Below, in pieces: positions 53,101 to 64,000 of a DNA stretch of 64,000 bases. The position numbers and the translations under genes were made by a program. Within the stretch, counting starts at the first letter, position 1, and each line of letters opens with the position of its first letter. A model generated the notes under the pieces. That model was not told the origin of the DNA, did no database searches, and saw nothing but the letters and a program-made list of their open reading frames with translations. The stretch is from TPA_inf: Saccharomyces (taxonomy: Eukaryota): the NCBI GenBank assembly GCA_000146045.2, contig BK006941.2:512001-576000 (forward strand), in the 5' to 3' direction.

Positions 53101-54165
53101 CTACATTGCAGTTGAGTACGGCAGTCATCTAATAAGGTACGGTTTAGCCGTTCAGCGACTCCATGTGCTCGGGAATCCGCTGTGGTTGTATAGCATGGAG
53201 TTATACCATTTTTTTCAAGGAATTTATGGAGAGTTCTGTTAGTATACTCAGAACCACGGTCCATTTGTATAACCAAGACACTGGCCTGAAACTGGTTTTT
53301 AATAAAAGCTAGTATCGTAGTAAAAACATCGAGGATAGAGTCCTCGCGACGGTCGTGTAATGGATAAACCCAACGGAATTTTGTTGTCTCATCAGTAAAT
53401 GAGATGAAATAGGATGGTGCACTATTTGGTAGGTTGTGAACTGGACCAAATATGTCAGTATGTAGGTATTGAAAGGGTTCGTATGAATTTTGGTATTTTA
53501 GTCGTGAACCTTTGATATGTCTGTGTTTGGTGCTTTTGCCGATTAAACAATCAGGACATTGATAGTCAATAGCACTAGACCAGTCGACATCTGATTCGTT
53601 AAAATACGTGATGGTGTTATTTTTAAGTGAGTATCGAATTGTCTGTGCATTGGCATGCGCAAGCATTCGATGAATGAAAGGATAAGGATATTTGCGTGTA
53701 CTTTCACTTGTATGGACATTATTGATGGTGGGTACGGAGATATTTGATGGAAGCAAGTACTTTTTAGATACCCAGTAAAAGTCTCCATATTTTACGATAG
53801 GTGCAAGTACAGTGCCGTCAGATCGTTCTAAGACGTTTTTGGTAAAGCATGCTGTGATATCTACTGCAGCCAATTCATTCAAACTGAGTAAGTCATAGGC
53901 TATGTTAGGAGTGTGCAATACCTTTATTGATGTTTTGGTGTTGTCCTGGAAGTGAAATTGTAGGTCACCAATAGCGTTAATTGGTATATTTCTTTTTTGA
54001 GCATCAACTACGTTTATGCCAGGATTAGATGATGCTGAGTGTATGTGGTGAGCAGATCTTATAAGGGTTCGTGATGCTCCTGAATCGAGAAGGAGGTGTC
54101 CAGGGAGTTCATCATCAGAATGATTAGTGTGATTTACCGTAGATTCAGTAAGTTCCTGGCCTAAG
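50199..54165 (-). CDS. TYB: Ty1 TYB (Pol), expressed by +1 frameshift as a Gag-Pol fusion
   Basis: 1239-aa +1-frame ORF with protease, integrase and RT/RNase H motifs. Confidence 0.95.
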
Positions 54166-55467
54166 ATGAAGGTCGTGCTTATTGTTCAATTGAATCGGTT
54201 CAGTAGTTGATTTACTGATGGAATCGTTGTCCGTGCTGGGAGAGTTATTAGATGTGGATACATTGTGAGCCCTGGCTGTTTTCGATTTCGAATTATTTGT
54301 TTTTTGAGGATTCCGAGCTATAACTTTGGGTTTGGTTGTATTCGTATAGCTGCGAGAATCATTCTTCTCATCACTCGGATTTCTCCTGTAATTAGGTTTG
54401 CTGTTTCTCGATCCCTGTTGTTCTTCATAAATAGCATGGATATCTAAGAACAGTTCAGCGACTGTCATATTTAGATGTCGATGACGTGTGTAGCGTAAAA
54501 ATTTATATTCGCCAGATAGACCTCTCATAATTAATTGGCATGCGACCTTGTTATTGATATGAATGCCATTATTGTTCAGTCTGTCGATAATGTTTGTGAC
54601 TTTTGTTTCAAATGCATCTGCAGGTGTACTGCCATTATATTGCAAATTTGCCAGGGTCACAATGTCGTTTGCCTCTTGGGTATCAGATTGCATTTTTTCA
54701 ATACTTTTGGAAAGAATTTTCATGATATCCGTATAATCAACGGATAGGATGTCTTTGACCCAGGTAGGTAGGAATTGAGAGGGAGCAAATATTTGAAAAG
54801 TGTTATACAAGAAGGTGAGTTCATCATCAGTGATCTGACGTACGGGTTTTCCGTTTACTGTCGGAATAATACCACCGAGATTCGAGTTTTGTAAAAATTT
54901 GATGTATGTTTTAACCCAATTTGGAAAGTCATTAGGTGAGGTTAACATTGGTGGTGGTCTGACATATTTTTTAGTGGATGTCATATCAGAGTCCGCTGAG
55001 GATGAATCAGTAAATGTATTACCTGACTCAGGTGATGGAGTGCTCAGAGGCGTTCCAACTGATGATGGATACTGCGGAAACTGTGATTGTGGCCCAGGTG
55101 GAAAGTACATAGGCGACATTTGATAAGGTGTATACGGAATCATAGATGGGTGTCCGTAAAATGACCAACCAGATGGATTGGCTTGGTTTTGGGTCATCAT
55201 GCACTGCTGTGGGTACGGCCCATTCTGTGGAGGTGGTACTGAAGCAGGTTGAGGAGAGGCATGATGGGGGTTCTCTGGAACAGCTGATGAAGCAGGTGTT
55301 GTTGTCTGTTGAGAGTTAGCCTTAGTGGAAGCCTTATCATATTCTTGAATTTTGGAAGCTGAAACGTCTAACGGATCTTGATTTGTGTGGACTTCCTTAG
55401 AAGTAACCGAAGCACAGGCGCTACCATGAGATATATGTGAATGTTGAGATAATTGTTGGGATTCCAT
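54145..55467 (-). CDS. TYA: Ty1 TYA (Gag), 440 aa
   Basis: 440-aa ORF with the canonical ...[19 protein letters not shown]... Gag sequence. Confidence 0.95.
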   Translation of the reverse strand: MESQQLSQHSHISHGSACASVTSKEVHTNQDPLDVSASKIQEYDKASTKANSQQTTTPASSAVPENPHHASPQPASVPPPQNGPYPQQCMMTQNQANPSGWSFYGHPSMIPYTPYQMSPMYFPPGPQSQFPQYPSSVGTPLSTPSPESGNTFTDSSSADSDMTSTKKYVRPPPMLTSPNDFPNWVKTYIKFLQNSNLGGIIPTVNGKPVRQITDDELTFLYNTFQIFAPSQFLPTWVKDILSVDYTDIMKILSKSIEKMQSDTQEANDIVTLANLQYNGSTPADAFETKVTNIIDRLNNNGIHINNKVACQLIMRGLSGEYKFLRYTRHRHLNMTVAELFLDIHAIYEEQQGSRNSKPNYRRNPSDEKNDSRSYTNTTKPKVIARNPQKTNNSKSKTARAHNVSTSNNSPSTDNDSISKSTTEPIQLNNKHDLHLRPGTY

Positions 55468-57094
55468 TGTTGATAAAGGCTATAATATTAGGTATACAGA
55501 ATATACTAGAAGTTCTCCTCGAGGATTTAGGAATCCATAAAAGGGAATCTGCAATTCTACACAATTCTATAAATATTATTATCATCGTTTTATATGTTAA
55601 TATTCATTGATCCTATTACATTATCAATCCTTGCGTTTCAGCTTCCACTAATTTAGATGACTATTTCTCATCATTTGCGTCATCTTCTAACACCGTATAT
55701 GATAATATACTAGTAATGTAAATACTAGTTAGTAGATGATAGTTGATTTCTATTCCAACAGAAGGAGATAAAAATTTCAAAATGTTTCTATGATAAATTT
55801 ATAATGAATTTATAATAATGTTTTGGGCTGTTTCCCTTTAGATTATTTAGCTTATCGTACATAATCGCACATAATCAGACTCTTTATTATATATAATTAA
55901 ATATTTCGAGATTTACATACTAGTGGTTACTTAAAAGTGTAATCGCAAATTATATCAGAAATGAACAAAGATACGCAGTCCAAATTATTGACAACAACCA
56001 GCATATGTACTTAGTAATATTTTATGAAGTTACTAAATCAAGATTAGAAACGTAAAAATAGAATAACATGATCAAGTTCAAGTCTGAATTTCCTTTAATA
56101 TTTGGATAAGTAAATTCACTACGTGACATGATTGGTTGGTGCCAACATAACACAATTTTAACATTATGTAATCTACAGGATAAGTAGCATTCTGTGTAAC
56201 AAATTGTAGTAAGTCTGGCAAATCTCTACTCTCTTAAAGGTATAAGGATTGTCCAGATACCCGATATTACTAGAGGCCGTCATGTATAAAATGTGGTAAC
56301 GTAAAATATACACTTAACAGAAAGTTAAAAAAGGTTAAGTTATACGTGGCTTTCTCCTTTTTTCTTTTCAAGTACCTACCTGCTGTTAATTAATAGTTAA
56401 TATTGATCACGAGAATAACAGATCTTCATATACAGTATAAGAGAGATCTATAAAACTAAAAATGGATAGATTTTGATGAAATTCGTGGGCCGATATACTC
56501 TTCAGTTTGTCATTCATGATTTATTATAATATAGACTTCATAAGTGAACTTTGTAGTTTCTGGTGATTACTATAGCGATACTTTTCGAATAGTCACAACA
56601 AGAGCTTCTGCTTCACGTTTTTTGGAAACAAAAGACTGAGGAGGGGCTAAATATAAATACTGATTCATATTACGAAAGGAAATAAAAAAATAACTATATG
56701 TAGATTTATATTAATATTGTATAATTGCAGTCCTTGTATTTGAAGAGAATGTGGATTTTGATGTAATTGTTGGGATTCCATTGTGATTAAGGCTATAATA
56801 TTAGGTATGTAGATATACTAGAAGTTCTCCTCGAGGATTTAGGAATCCATAAAAGGGAATCTGCAATTCTACACAATTCTATAAATATTATTATCATCAT
56901 TTTATATGTTAATATTCATTGATCCTATTACATTATCAATCCTTGCGTTTCAGCTTCCACTAATTTAGATGACTATTTCTCATCATTTGCGTCATCTTCT
57001 AACACCGTATATGATAATATACTAGTAACGTAAATACTAGTTAGTAGATGATAGTTGATTTTTATTCCAACATACCACCCATAATGTAATAGAT

Positions 57095-60000
57095 CTAATG
57101 AATCCATTTGTTAGTTAATAGTTTAAATGTTTTTATCGGAAGAGGTTTTGTCATCACATCAGCAATGTTCTTCTTGGTCTCGATGTAGTATACGTATAAA
57201 TTATTACCTGATACTTCATCTCTAAGTCTCATTGCCTTTGTGCCAAAAAATCTGTTTCTAAATTTCTCTTCATTTGTAGACTTAATTATACTGATCGTTG
57301 ATCTACTATCAGTAAGTAAGCCTTTAATAATTGGTTTCTTGTTAAGTTCTTGCACAAGGTGACTGAGGTTATTCAATAGCGGAATAGCTTCACTGACTGC
57401 GTGTATTTCTGCTTCTGTAGTTGAAGTGCATGTTAACGAAGCCTTTGTCGACTTTCCTCCAATCACTTTTCCGTTGAGTAGGAAAATGTTACCAATTTGT
57501 GACTTGTAATATGGTTGGTTACCATATGAAGCATCGCTTATTGCGACTAGTTTATTATCTGGCTTGGTAGGTTTGTTTTTGTGCCATATTAATTGTTTAT
57601 CTCTAGTGTCCCACATGAATTGTATTAACTCATATGTCATGTCTAAAACTTGCCTAGAGGGGAATAGTATATGTTGAGCAAGTGTGTTGATGTAGTATAG
57701 TAAGTCAAATCTAAATTTATATCCAACATATGAAGCTAGACCAATCAACTTTTGCATTTCATGTACTTTCTCTTTGTATTCATCTTCATCTATTTCTAGT
57801 TCATCCTGGTCTATATAATGACCTGGTTGACCTGGAGCTCTAAGTTTCTTTCCTTTTGGGTTCAAAGGTACGTTTAGTTTGGGTAATTTTTCTGTCAAGG
57901 ATTTTTCCATACCTAATTTCATGTACTTGCTTCTTTGATATTTGATCTCTAATCCAAGTATGTCGTACTGAATTTCGTTATCACTTTCACCCAGATTTAT
58001 TATCTTTGTATCGTATTGTTTCTTGAGTGTTGTTATGATTTTCTTATTTGCATTTAAGTCTTTGCTGAATAATATCATATCATCAACGAATAAGCAAATT
58101 GTTACTTGACTATTCTTAAATACGCATGACCATCCGCGAACTTCTTGCATGTCGCAACAATTTATTAAATATGATTTAATGGTTTCATACCAGTTTGCAC
58201 CACTTTGTTTCAAACCATAGAGTGATTTTCTCAAACGTAGTAATTTATCATTCAAACCTAAATGTGGTGGAGGTCTTATGTATAATTCTTCTTTGATATC
58301 AGCATATAAGTAAGCAGAGGATATGTCCAGCTGTGTGATATAATAGTCGTTGTCTAATGCGATTGACAGTGACGTCATCAGTGCATAGTGATGTACGGTA
58401 TTGGATTGCATATCAGAATCATATGTATCGGGGTGTTGAATGTCGCCTCTTGCAACAAATCTAGCTTTGTGTGTACCATCACGTTTCTTGTTAAATATAA
58501 ACATTGAGTTTATTACTTTTTTAGGATCTATGTCATTTCTATCATAATATTTGTTTGTATCCCAAGTGTTCATTTTCAATAGTTGGCTAATTTCTTTATG
58601 ATAAGCTTCAACATATCTGTCTTTTTCTTTGTTGTCTTTATTATATGTAATTGCTTCATCATATCTTAAGGTCGTTCGAACTGGTTTGATCGATTTCACT
58701 CCTTTTATTGCTGCAATTAAATTTATGCGTTTCTTCGATCTTGGTGGTTCCAGACTTCTCATATTCTTATTATTCCATGTGTCTCGGGATACCTCAATTT
58801 CAGTTTCATTATCTTCTAATGATCTTTTCTTACTTTTGGTAGTAGTCAGAACATTAGAATCATCCATACCACCCAAACTGGAATTAGTCTGACGAGAGTG
58901 TATGTGTGGAATATCTTTTGAAACATCAGAAGTGTCCGTAGGAGATTTATGGGTTAAGTCAGGAAGTGGGAGGTCGTCAAGAATAGAATCAGCCGTAACA
59001 TTTTTTGAGGATTTGTCAGGCATTATATTAGGAGTCGCATGGTCAGAAGATCGATATTCTGGCGGATCCGTATCAATGGAGGGTGTATTATCACATACAG
59101 CCTTTGTTTCTATGGAGATGATGGGAGTAGTGGATTCACTGTTGGACGAACGGTCATCTATTGAGGGCGTACTATTTGTAGTCCTGTATTTGATATTTGT
59201 ATCACTATTTCGTTGAATATATGGTTCCTCCGTACCACCCAAACGTGTAGTTTTGATGTTTTCAAGTCCATAATTAACTCTATCCTGTGAGGTCAAATCA
59301 ATCATCTCATTGGTACTACCAGGTCGGTTTTGGTTTCGTGCAGTGAAGGTAGACGAGTGTCTAGGTGAAGTAGTATCTGATTCAACGGTACCACCCATTT
59401 CGGTACTCTCTTTATTAATGATATGGGGTGTACGAGATCGTATAGTAGATGGAAGAATATTGTATTCAGATATGTCGGCATCAACTTCTTTTGGTGCACG
59501 TACTTTTTGGACTGGTTCCTTGTCTAATTGTAAAGGGTTTATTGATTGGGACGAGAAGTCGTTCACTAGAGGATCAGAGTTTATTTCAATCTCCGATTGA
59601 TAGTCATGATCAGATTCTGTATTTTGATCATATGACTGCTCTGTTTCATTTTGTTCAATAAAAGATTGGTTATGGGCTGTTAAACGATTGAGATCATCAT
59701 CAAAAGTGAGTGTATCGTAGTCGAACTGGTCCAATTTCGTTTGCTTGTTTTGTAATATAACGTAATTGGTAGTATCTACTGTCTTTTTTAATGATGGAAG
59801 ATAGATAATATAGCCATAAGAGTTTCGTGACGGATGTAAGGCGTAACCTGGAATGCCACGAGGATGTATTTTCGAGTCGGGATTATGGTTGTTAACTATA
59901 ACCGGTTGACCGAAAGGTAGTATAGTAGTAATGTCCAGTCCAGCTAAACCTGCATGTTGTCTTGCAGATTTATCGTTTTTTTGGTGAGACTAATGAATTT

Positions 60001-61136
60001 CTGATTATAGTAGAAAATTCGACTGCTGAGAACCATAGATGATTTGGTAGACCACTGCAATGAAGCAGTGTGCGACAATCGTTTAATAAAGTACGATTTA
60101 ATCGTTCAGCGACACCGTGTGCTCTAGAATCTGCCGTGGTTGTATAGCATGCAGTAATACCTCTGTTCGTAAAGAACTTATGAAGAGTTTTGTTAGTGTA
60201 CTCGGAGCCACGATCCATCTGGATAACTAGAACGCGAGCATTGAATTGGTTCTTAATAAATGCTAATATCGATGTAAAAACATTGAGGATAGATTCTTCA
60301 CGACGGTCGTGTAATGGGTACACCCATTGGAATCTGGTTTTCTCATCTGTAAACGATATAAAGTAAGAAGGTGCACTTTTCGGTAAGTGATGTACAGGAC
60401 CAAATATATCGGTGTGCAAGTACTGAAAAGGCTCATATGATTCTTGGTACTTTAGTCGTGATCCTTTGACATGTCTATGTTTCGTGCTTTTGCCGATTAG
60501 ACAGTCAGGACATTGATATGTGCTAGCGTTAGACCATTCAATATCCGATTCCTTCAAATATGTAACTGCATTCTTCTTAAGAGACTTCTGAATACTTCGG
60601 AAGTTAGCATGTCCAAGCATTCGATGTATTAACGGATATGGATATTTATTTACGCTTTTGCTTTTGTTGACGTTGTTTATTGTTAGCTTTGAAATGTGCG
60701 AAGGAATTAGGTATTTTTTAGATAACCAGTAAAAGTCTCCATGTTTGACTATGGGAGCTAGTACTGTACCATCCGATCTTTCTAAAGTGTTTCTGGTAAA
60801 GCAGGCAGTAATATTTTGATTAGCCAGCTCACTCAAACTTAATAGATCATAGGCTATGTTTGGTGTGTGTAGTGCTTTTATTGATGTTTTGGTGCCGTTC
60901 TGAAAGTTGAAGTGAAGATTACCAATGGCATTTATAGGAATGTCTTGTTTTTGAGCATCGACTATGTTTATTTCAGAATTGGGTGTTGCATGGTGTAAAT
61001 AATGGGCTGATCTGACAAGCGTTTGCGAAGCTCCTGAATCAATAAGAAGGTGATCAGGTAGTTCGTCATTCGAGTCTATTGTGTGTGTTGGCTTAGATTC
61101 TTTCTGTTGCTGGCCTAAGACTAAGTTCGTCGTCAT
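57095..61136 (-). pseudogene. TYB: Ty2 TYB (Pol) split into two ORFs (59970-61136 and 57095-59734) by a frameshift in a T7/A7 homopolymer at 59976-59982
   Basis: The upstream piece ends ...SLVSPKKR-stop. The -1 frame continues [25 protein letters not shown]... straight into the downstream ORF, so restoring 2 nt (or removing 1) in the A-run would give one continuous Pol. Confidence 0.8.
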
Positions 61137-62409
61137 CGCTTAAGTATTGTGATGAAACGGTTGATTCATTAATGTGATCATTGTTCACCCTTGAGAATTT
61201 ACTAGATGTAGCAATATTGTGAGCTTTTGCTGCTCTTGGTTTTGAACTATTTGTTCTATGATAATTACGAGTTGTAACCTTTGTGTTAGTCGTGTTTGGA
61301 GATGTGCGAGAAACATTTTTGTATTCGCTGTGTTGTTTGTATTGGGACGGTTTATTTAGATTCATGATTTTATTTTCGTCATATATTAATTGAATTTCAG
61401 CGAATAATTGGGAAAGTTTCATGTTCGTTTTGGTACGATATTGATTACGTAGGTATTTGAAGTCACCGGATAGACCTTTAAGTATTAGTTGACAGGCCAA
61501 TCTGTCGCTAACATTGATATTGTTTTCTTTTAGCCTCTGAATGATCGTACTGACTGTAATTTCAAATGTATCAGCAGATGTACTTCCGTCGTACTCAAGG
61601 TTGGCAAGAGCTATCCAATCCTTTAATTCTTGATTGTTAGTTTGCATTTTGGACACACTTTTACAAAGGACTGTAAGGATGTCAGCATAATTAATTTCTA
61701 AAATTTGTTTTACCCATGTTGGCAATAAATGAAATGGGGCAAATGCTTGGAAGGTATTGTATATATACGCATGTTCTTCATAAGTCATTTGTCTTTTGAT
61801 TTCACCCTGGTCATTTGGAATGATGTCACCGAGATTAGAGTTCTTCAAAAATCTGATGTAAAATTTAACCCATGTAGAAAAGTTTTCTTCTGATGTTAAA
61901 GTGTGTGGTGGTAAGACGTTATTTCCCACCTTTGTCTTAGCTTGAGGTATTTCAGAGTGTTGATTTTTTAAATCGATTGGATCAGGTGAGGAAGTACTCA
62001 GTGGTGGGATATACTGTGGCAACGGATAGTGTGGGTCCGGTTGATAATACGCAGGTGACGTTTGATAATGTGAACACGTCATCATAGATGGTTGTTGGTA
62101 ATGTGCCCAGTTAGAGGCCATAGCTTTGTTTGGGGTCATCATGCCGTGCTGTTGGTACTGTCCATTCTGTGGAGGTGGTACTGAAGCAGGTTGAGGAGAG
62201 ACATGATGATGGTTCTCTGGAACAGCTGATGTCCCAGGTGTTGTCTCTTGTTGAGAATTAACCTTAGTGGAATCTCTATCAAATTCCGGTAAATTGGAAG
62301 CTGAAACGGCTAACGGATCTTGATTTTATGGGACTTCCTTAGAAGTAACCGAAGCATAGGCGCTACCATGAAGAGAATGTGGATTTTGATGTAATTGTTG
62401 GGATTCCAT
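61093..62409 (-). pseudogene. TYA: Ty2 TYA (Gag) with a premature stop at codon 27 (TAA at 62326-62328, minus strand). The remaining ORF 61093-62142 restarts at an internal Met.
   Basis: From the ATG at 62407-62409 the frame reads [27 protein letters not shown]-stop-NQDPLAV..., whereas Ty2 Gag continues here (other copies have a sense codon). Confidence 0.8.
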
Positions 62410-62887
62410 TTTTTATAAGGCGATAATATTAGGTATGTAGATATACTAGAAGTTCTCCTCGAGGATTTAGGAATCCATAAAAGGGAATCTGCAATTCTAC
62501 ACAATTCTATAAATATTATTATCATCATTTTATATGTTAATATTCATTGATCCTATTACATTATCAATCCTTGCGTTTCAGCTTCCACTAATTTAGATGA
62601 CTATTTTTCATCATTTGCGTCATCTTCTAACACCGTATATGATAATATACTAGTAACGTAAATACTAGTTAGTAGATGATAGTTGATTTTTATTCCAACA
62701 GTATTTATGTTTTGTCATTCTTTTCTACATAATCTTGAAACTAGGTAGATCTACAATTGAAAAGTAAATACTAACATTATTTACTAAATTTAAGTTAGAA
62801 ATCGGCACGAAAAAAATTTGACAGATTACGAGAGTCCAGCCAAAATATGAGTATATTACTATTTCCCCTTGGTGAAAGAAATGAAAG

Positions 62888-63199
62888 ATGTTATTTTTTA
62901 CCGGCTTAGTAATACTGAGCTACTTACTTGGGGGAAAGAAAGATTGGCTACTTATTATGTATGAAGCCTCAGATTACCTTGAATTCCTCAACCGTTTGAG
63001 CAGTATGCTCTTCAAATTCGAACTTTTTGAACATCTTTCCTCCACATTCCTGATTTTTTCACATTCAAAACGCGCTGTGAAGCTGTTAGAAATTTACAGA
63101 TCGAGGCATATTTCTATATATAATGTATTTTTATTAAGACACCCAAAGTACTTCCAATCTGTAGATATTGCACTTTATCTGACCAGAAGCCAGACTTGA
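62888..63199 (+). CDS. Short ORF upstream of KSS1 (YGR039W-like), probably dubious
   Basis: 103-aa ORF with no recognisable domain; flanked by a Ty LTR and the KSS1 promoter. Confidence 0.2.
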   Translation: MLFFTGLVILSYLLGGKKDWLLIMYEASDYLEFLNRLSSMLFKFELFEHLSSTFLIFSHSKRAVKLLEIYRSRHISIYNVFLLRHPKYFQSVDIALYLTRSQT

Positions 63200-63301
63200 A
63201 CAGTTACATATTGTGCTTTGCAGTCGTTAAATTTCCCGAACTGTTTTCGTATTTTTTTTTCTTTTCCTCTTTTCCACTGGATCAGATCAAAAGCCGACTA
63301 A

Positions 63302-64000
<699 letters not shown>

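Larger units (their letters stand above)
49843..55760 (-). mobile_element. Full-length Ty1 on the minus strand, 5918 bp, apparently intact, with GAAGG target-site duplication (YGRCTy1-2-like)
   Basis: 334-bp LTRs at 49843-50176 and 55427-55760. TYB runs 50199-53918 and TYA 54145-55467, both intact. The frameshift heptamer is at 54159-54165 (reverse complement), and the PBS complement ggcgctacca is at 55417-55426. GAAGG flanks the element at 49838-49842 and 55761-55765. The element sits 99 bp upstream of the tRNA-Ser 5' end. Confidence 0.95.
56741..62700 (-). mobile_element. Full-length but defective Ty2 element on the minus strand, 5960 bp, with GTATT target-site duplication (YGRCTy2-1-like)
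   Basis: 332-bp LTRs at 56741-57072 and 62369-62700, with Ty2-type termini tgaagagaatgtggattttgatgtaattgttggg. The TYA N-terminus [15 protein letters not shown]... and the divergent integrase C-terminus are Ty2-type. The PBS complement is at 62359-62368. GTATT flanks the element at 56736-56740 and 62701-62705. TYA has a premature TAA, and TYB is interrupted by a frameshift. Confidence 0.9.

Overview
This window is Saccharomyces cerevisiae nuclear DNA, and its gene order matches the right arm of chromosome VII from the 3' end of NMA2 (YGR010W) to the 5' end of KSS1 (YGR040W). I did not find any novel or previously undescribed system.

Genes: about 30 protein-coding genes are recognisable, almost all intronless and separated by AT-rich intergenic regions. 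The ones I recognise are YGR012W, SNU71, MSB2, YGR015C, YGR016W, YGR017W, UGA1, VMA7, YGR021W, MTL1, THG1, YGR026W, RPS25A, MSP1, ERV1 (one intron), POP6, IMO32, GSC2/FKS2, TIM21, RPL26B (one intron), YGR035C, CAX4, ACB1, ORM1 and KSS1 (partial).

tRNA genes: there are five. tRNA-Asp(GUC) occurs twice in opposite orientations, plus one each of tRNA-Glu(UUC) and tRNA-Ser(AGA).

Ty/LTR content: there are three full-length elements. A Ty1 on the plus strand is at 23760-29685. A Ty1 on the minus strand is at 49843-55760. A defective Ty2 on the minus strand is at 56741-62700. Each has an intact 5-bp target-site duplication and lies immediately upstream of a tRNA gene. Two partial delta LTRs are stacked at 23219-23759.

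The most interesting observations concern this Ty cluster. The two Ty1 copies are inverted relative to each other and flank about 20 kb of single-copy genes. The minus-strand Ty1 and the Ty2 are direct repeats. The minus-strand Ty1 is mosaic, with its 3' end matching the adjacent Ty2. The Ty2 has inactivating lesions. One Ty1 insertion sits inside an older delta. Other points of interest are intragenic tandem repeats in MSB2 and MTL1, and candidate regulatory sites upstream of GSC2, UGA1 and RPL26B.

No prokaryotic-style operons, CRISPR arrays or defence systems are present. Gene names are from memory and could not be checked against a database here.
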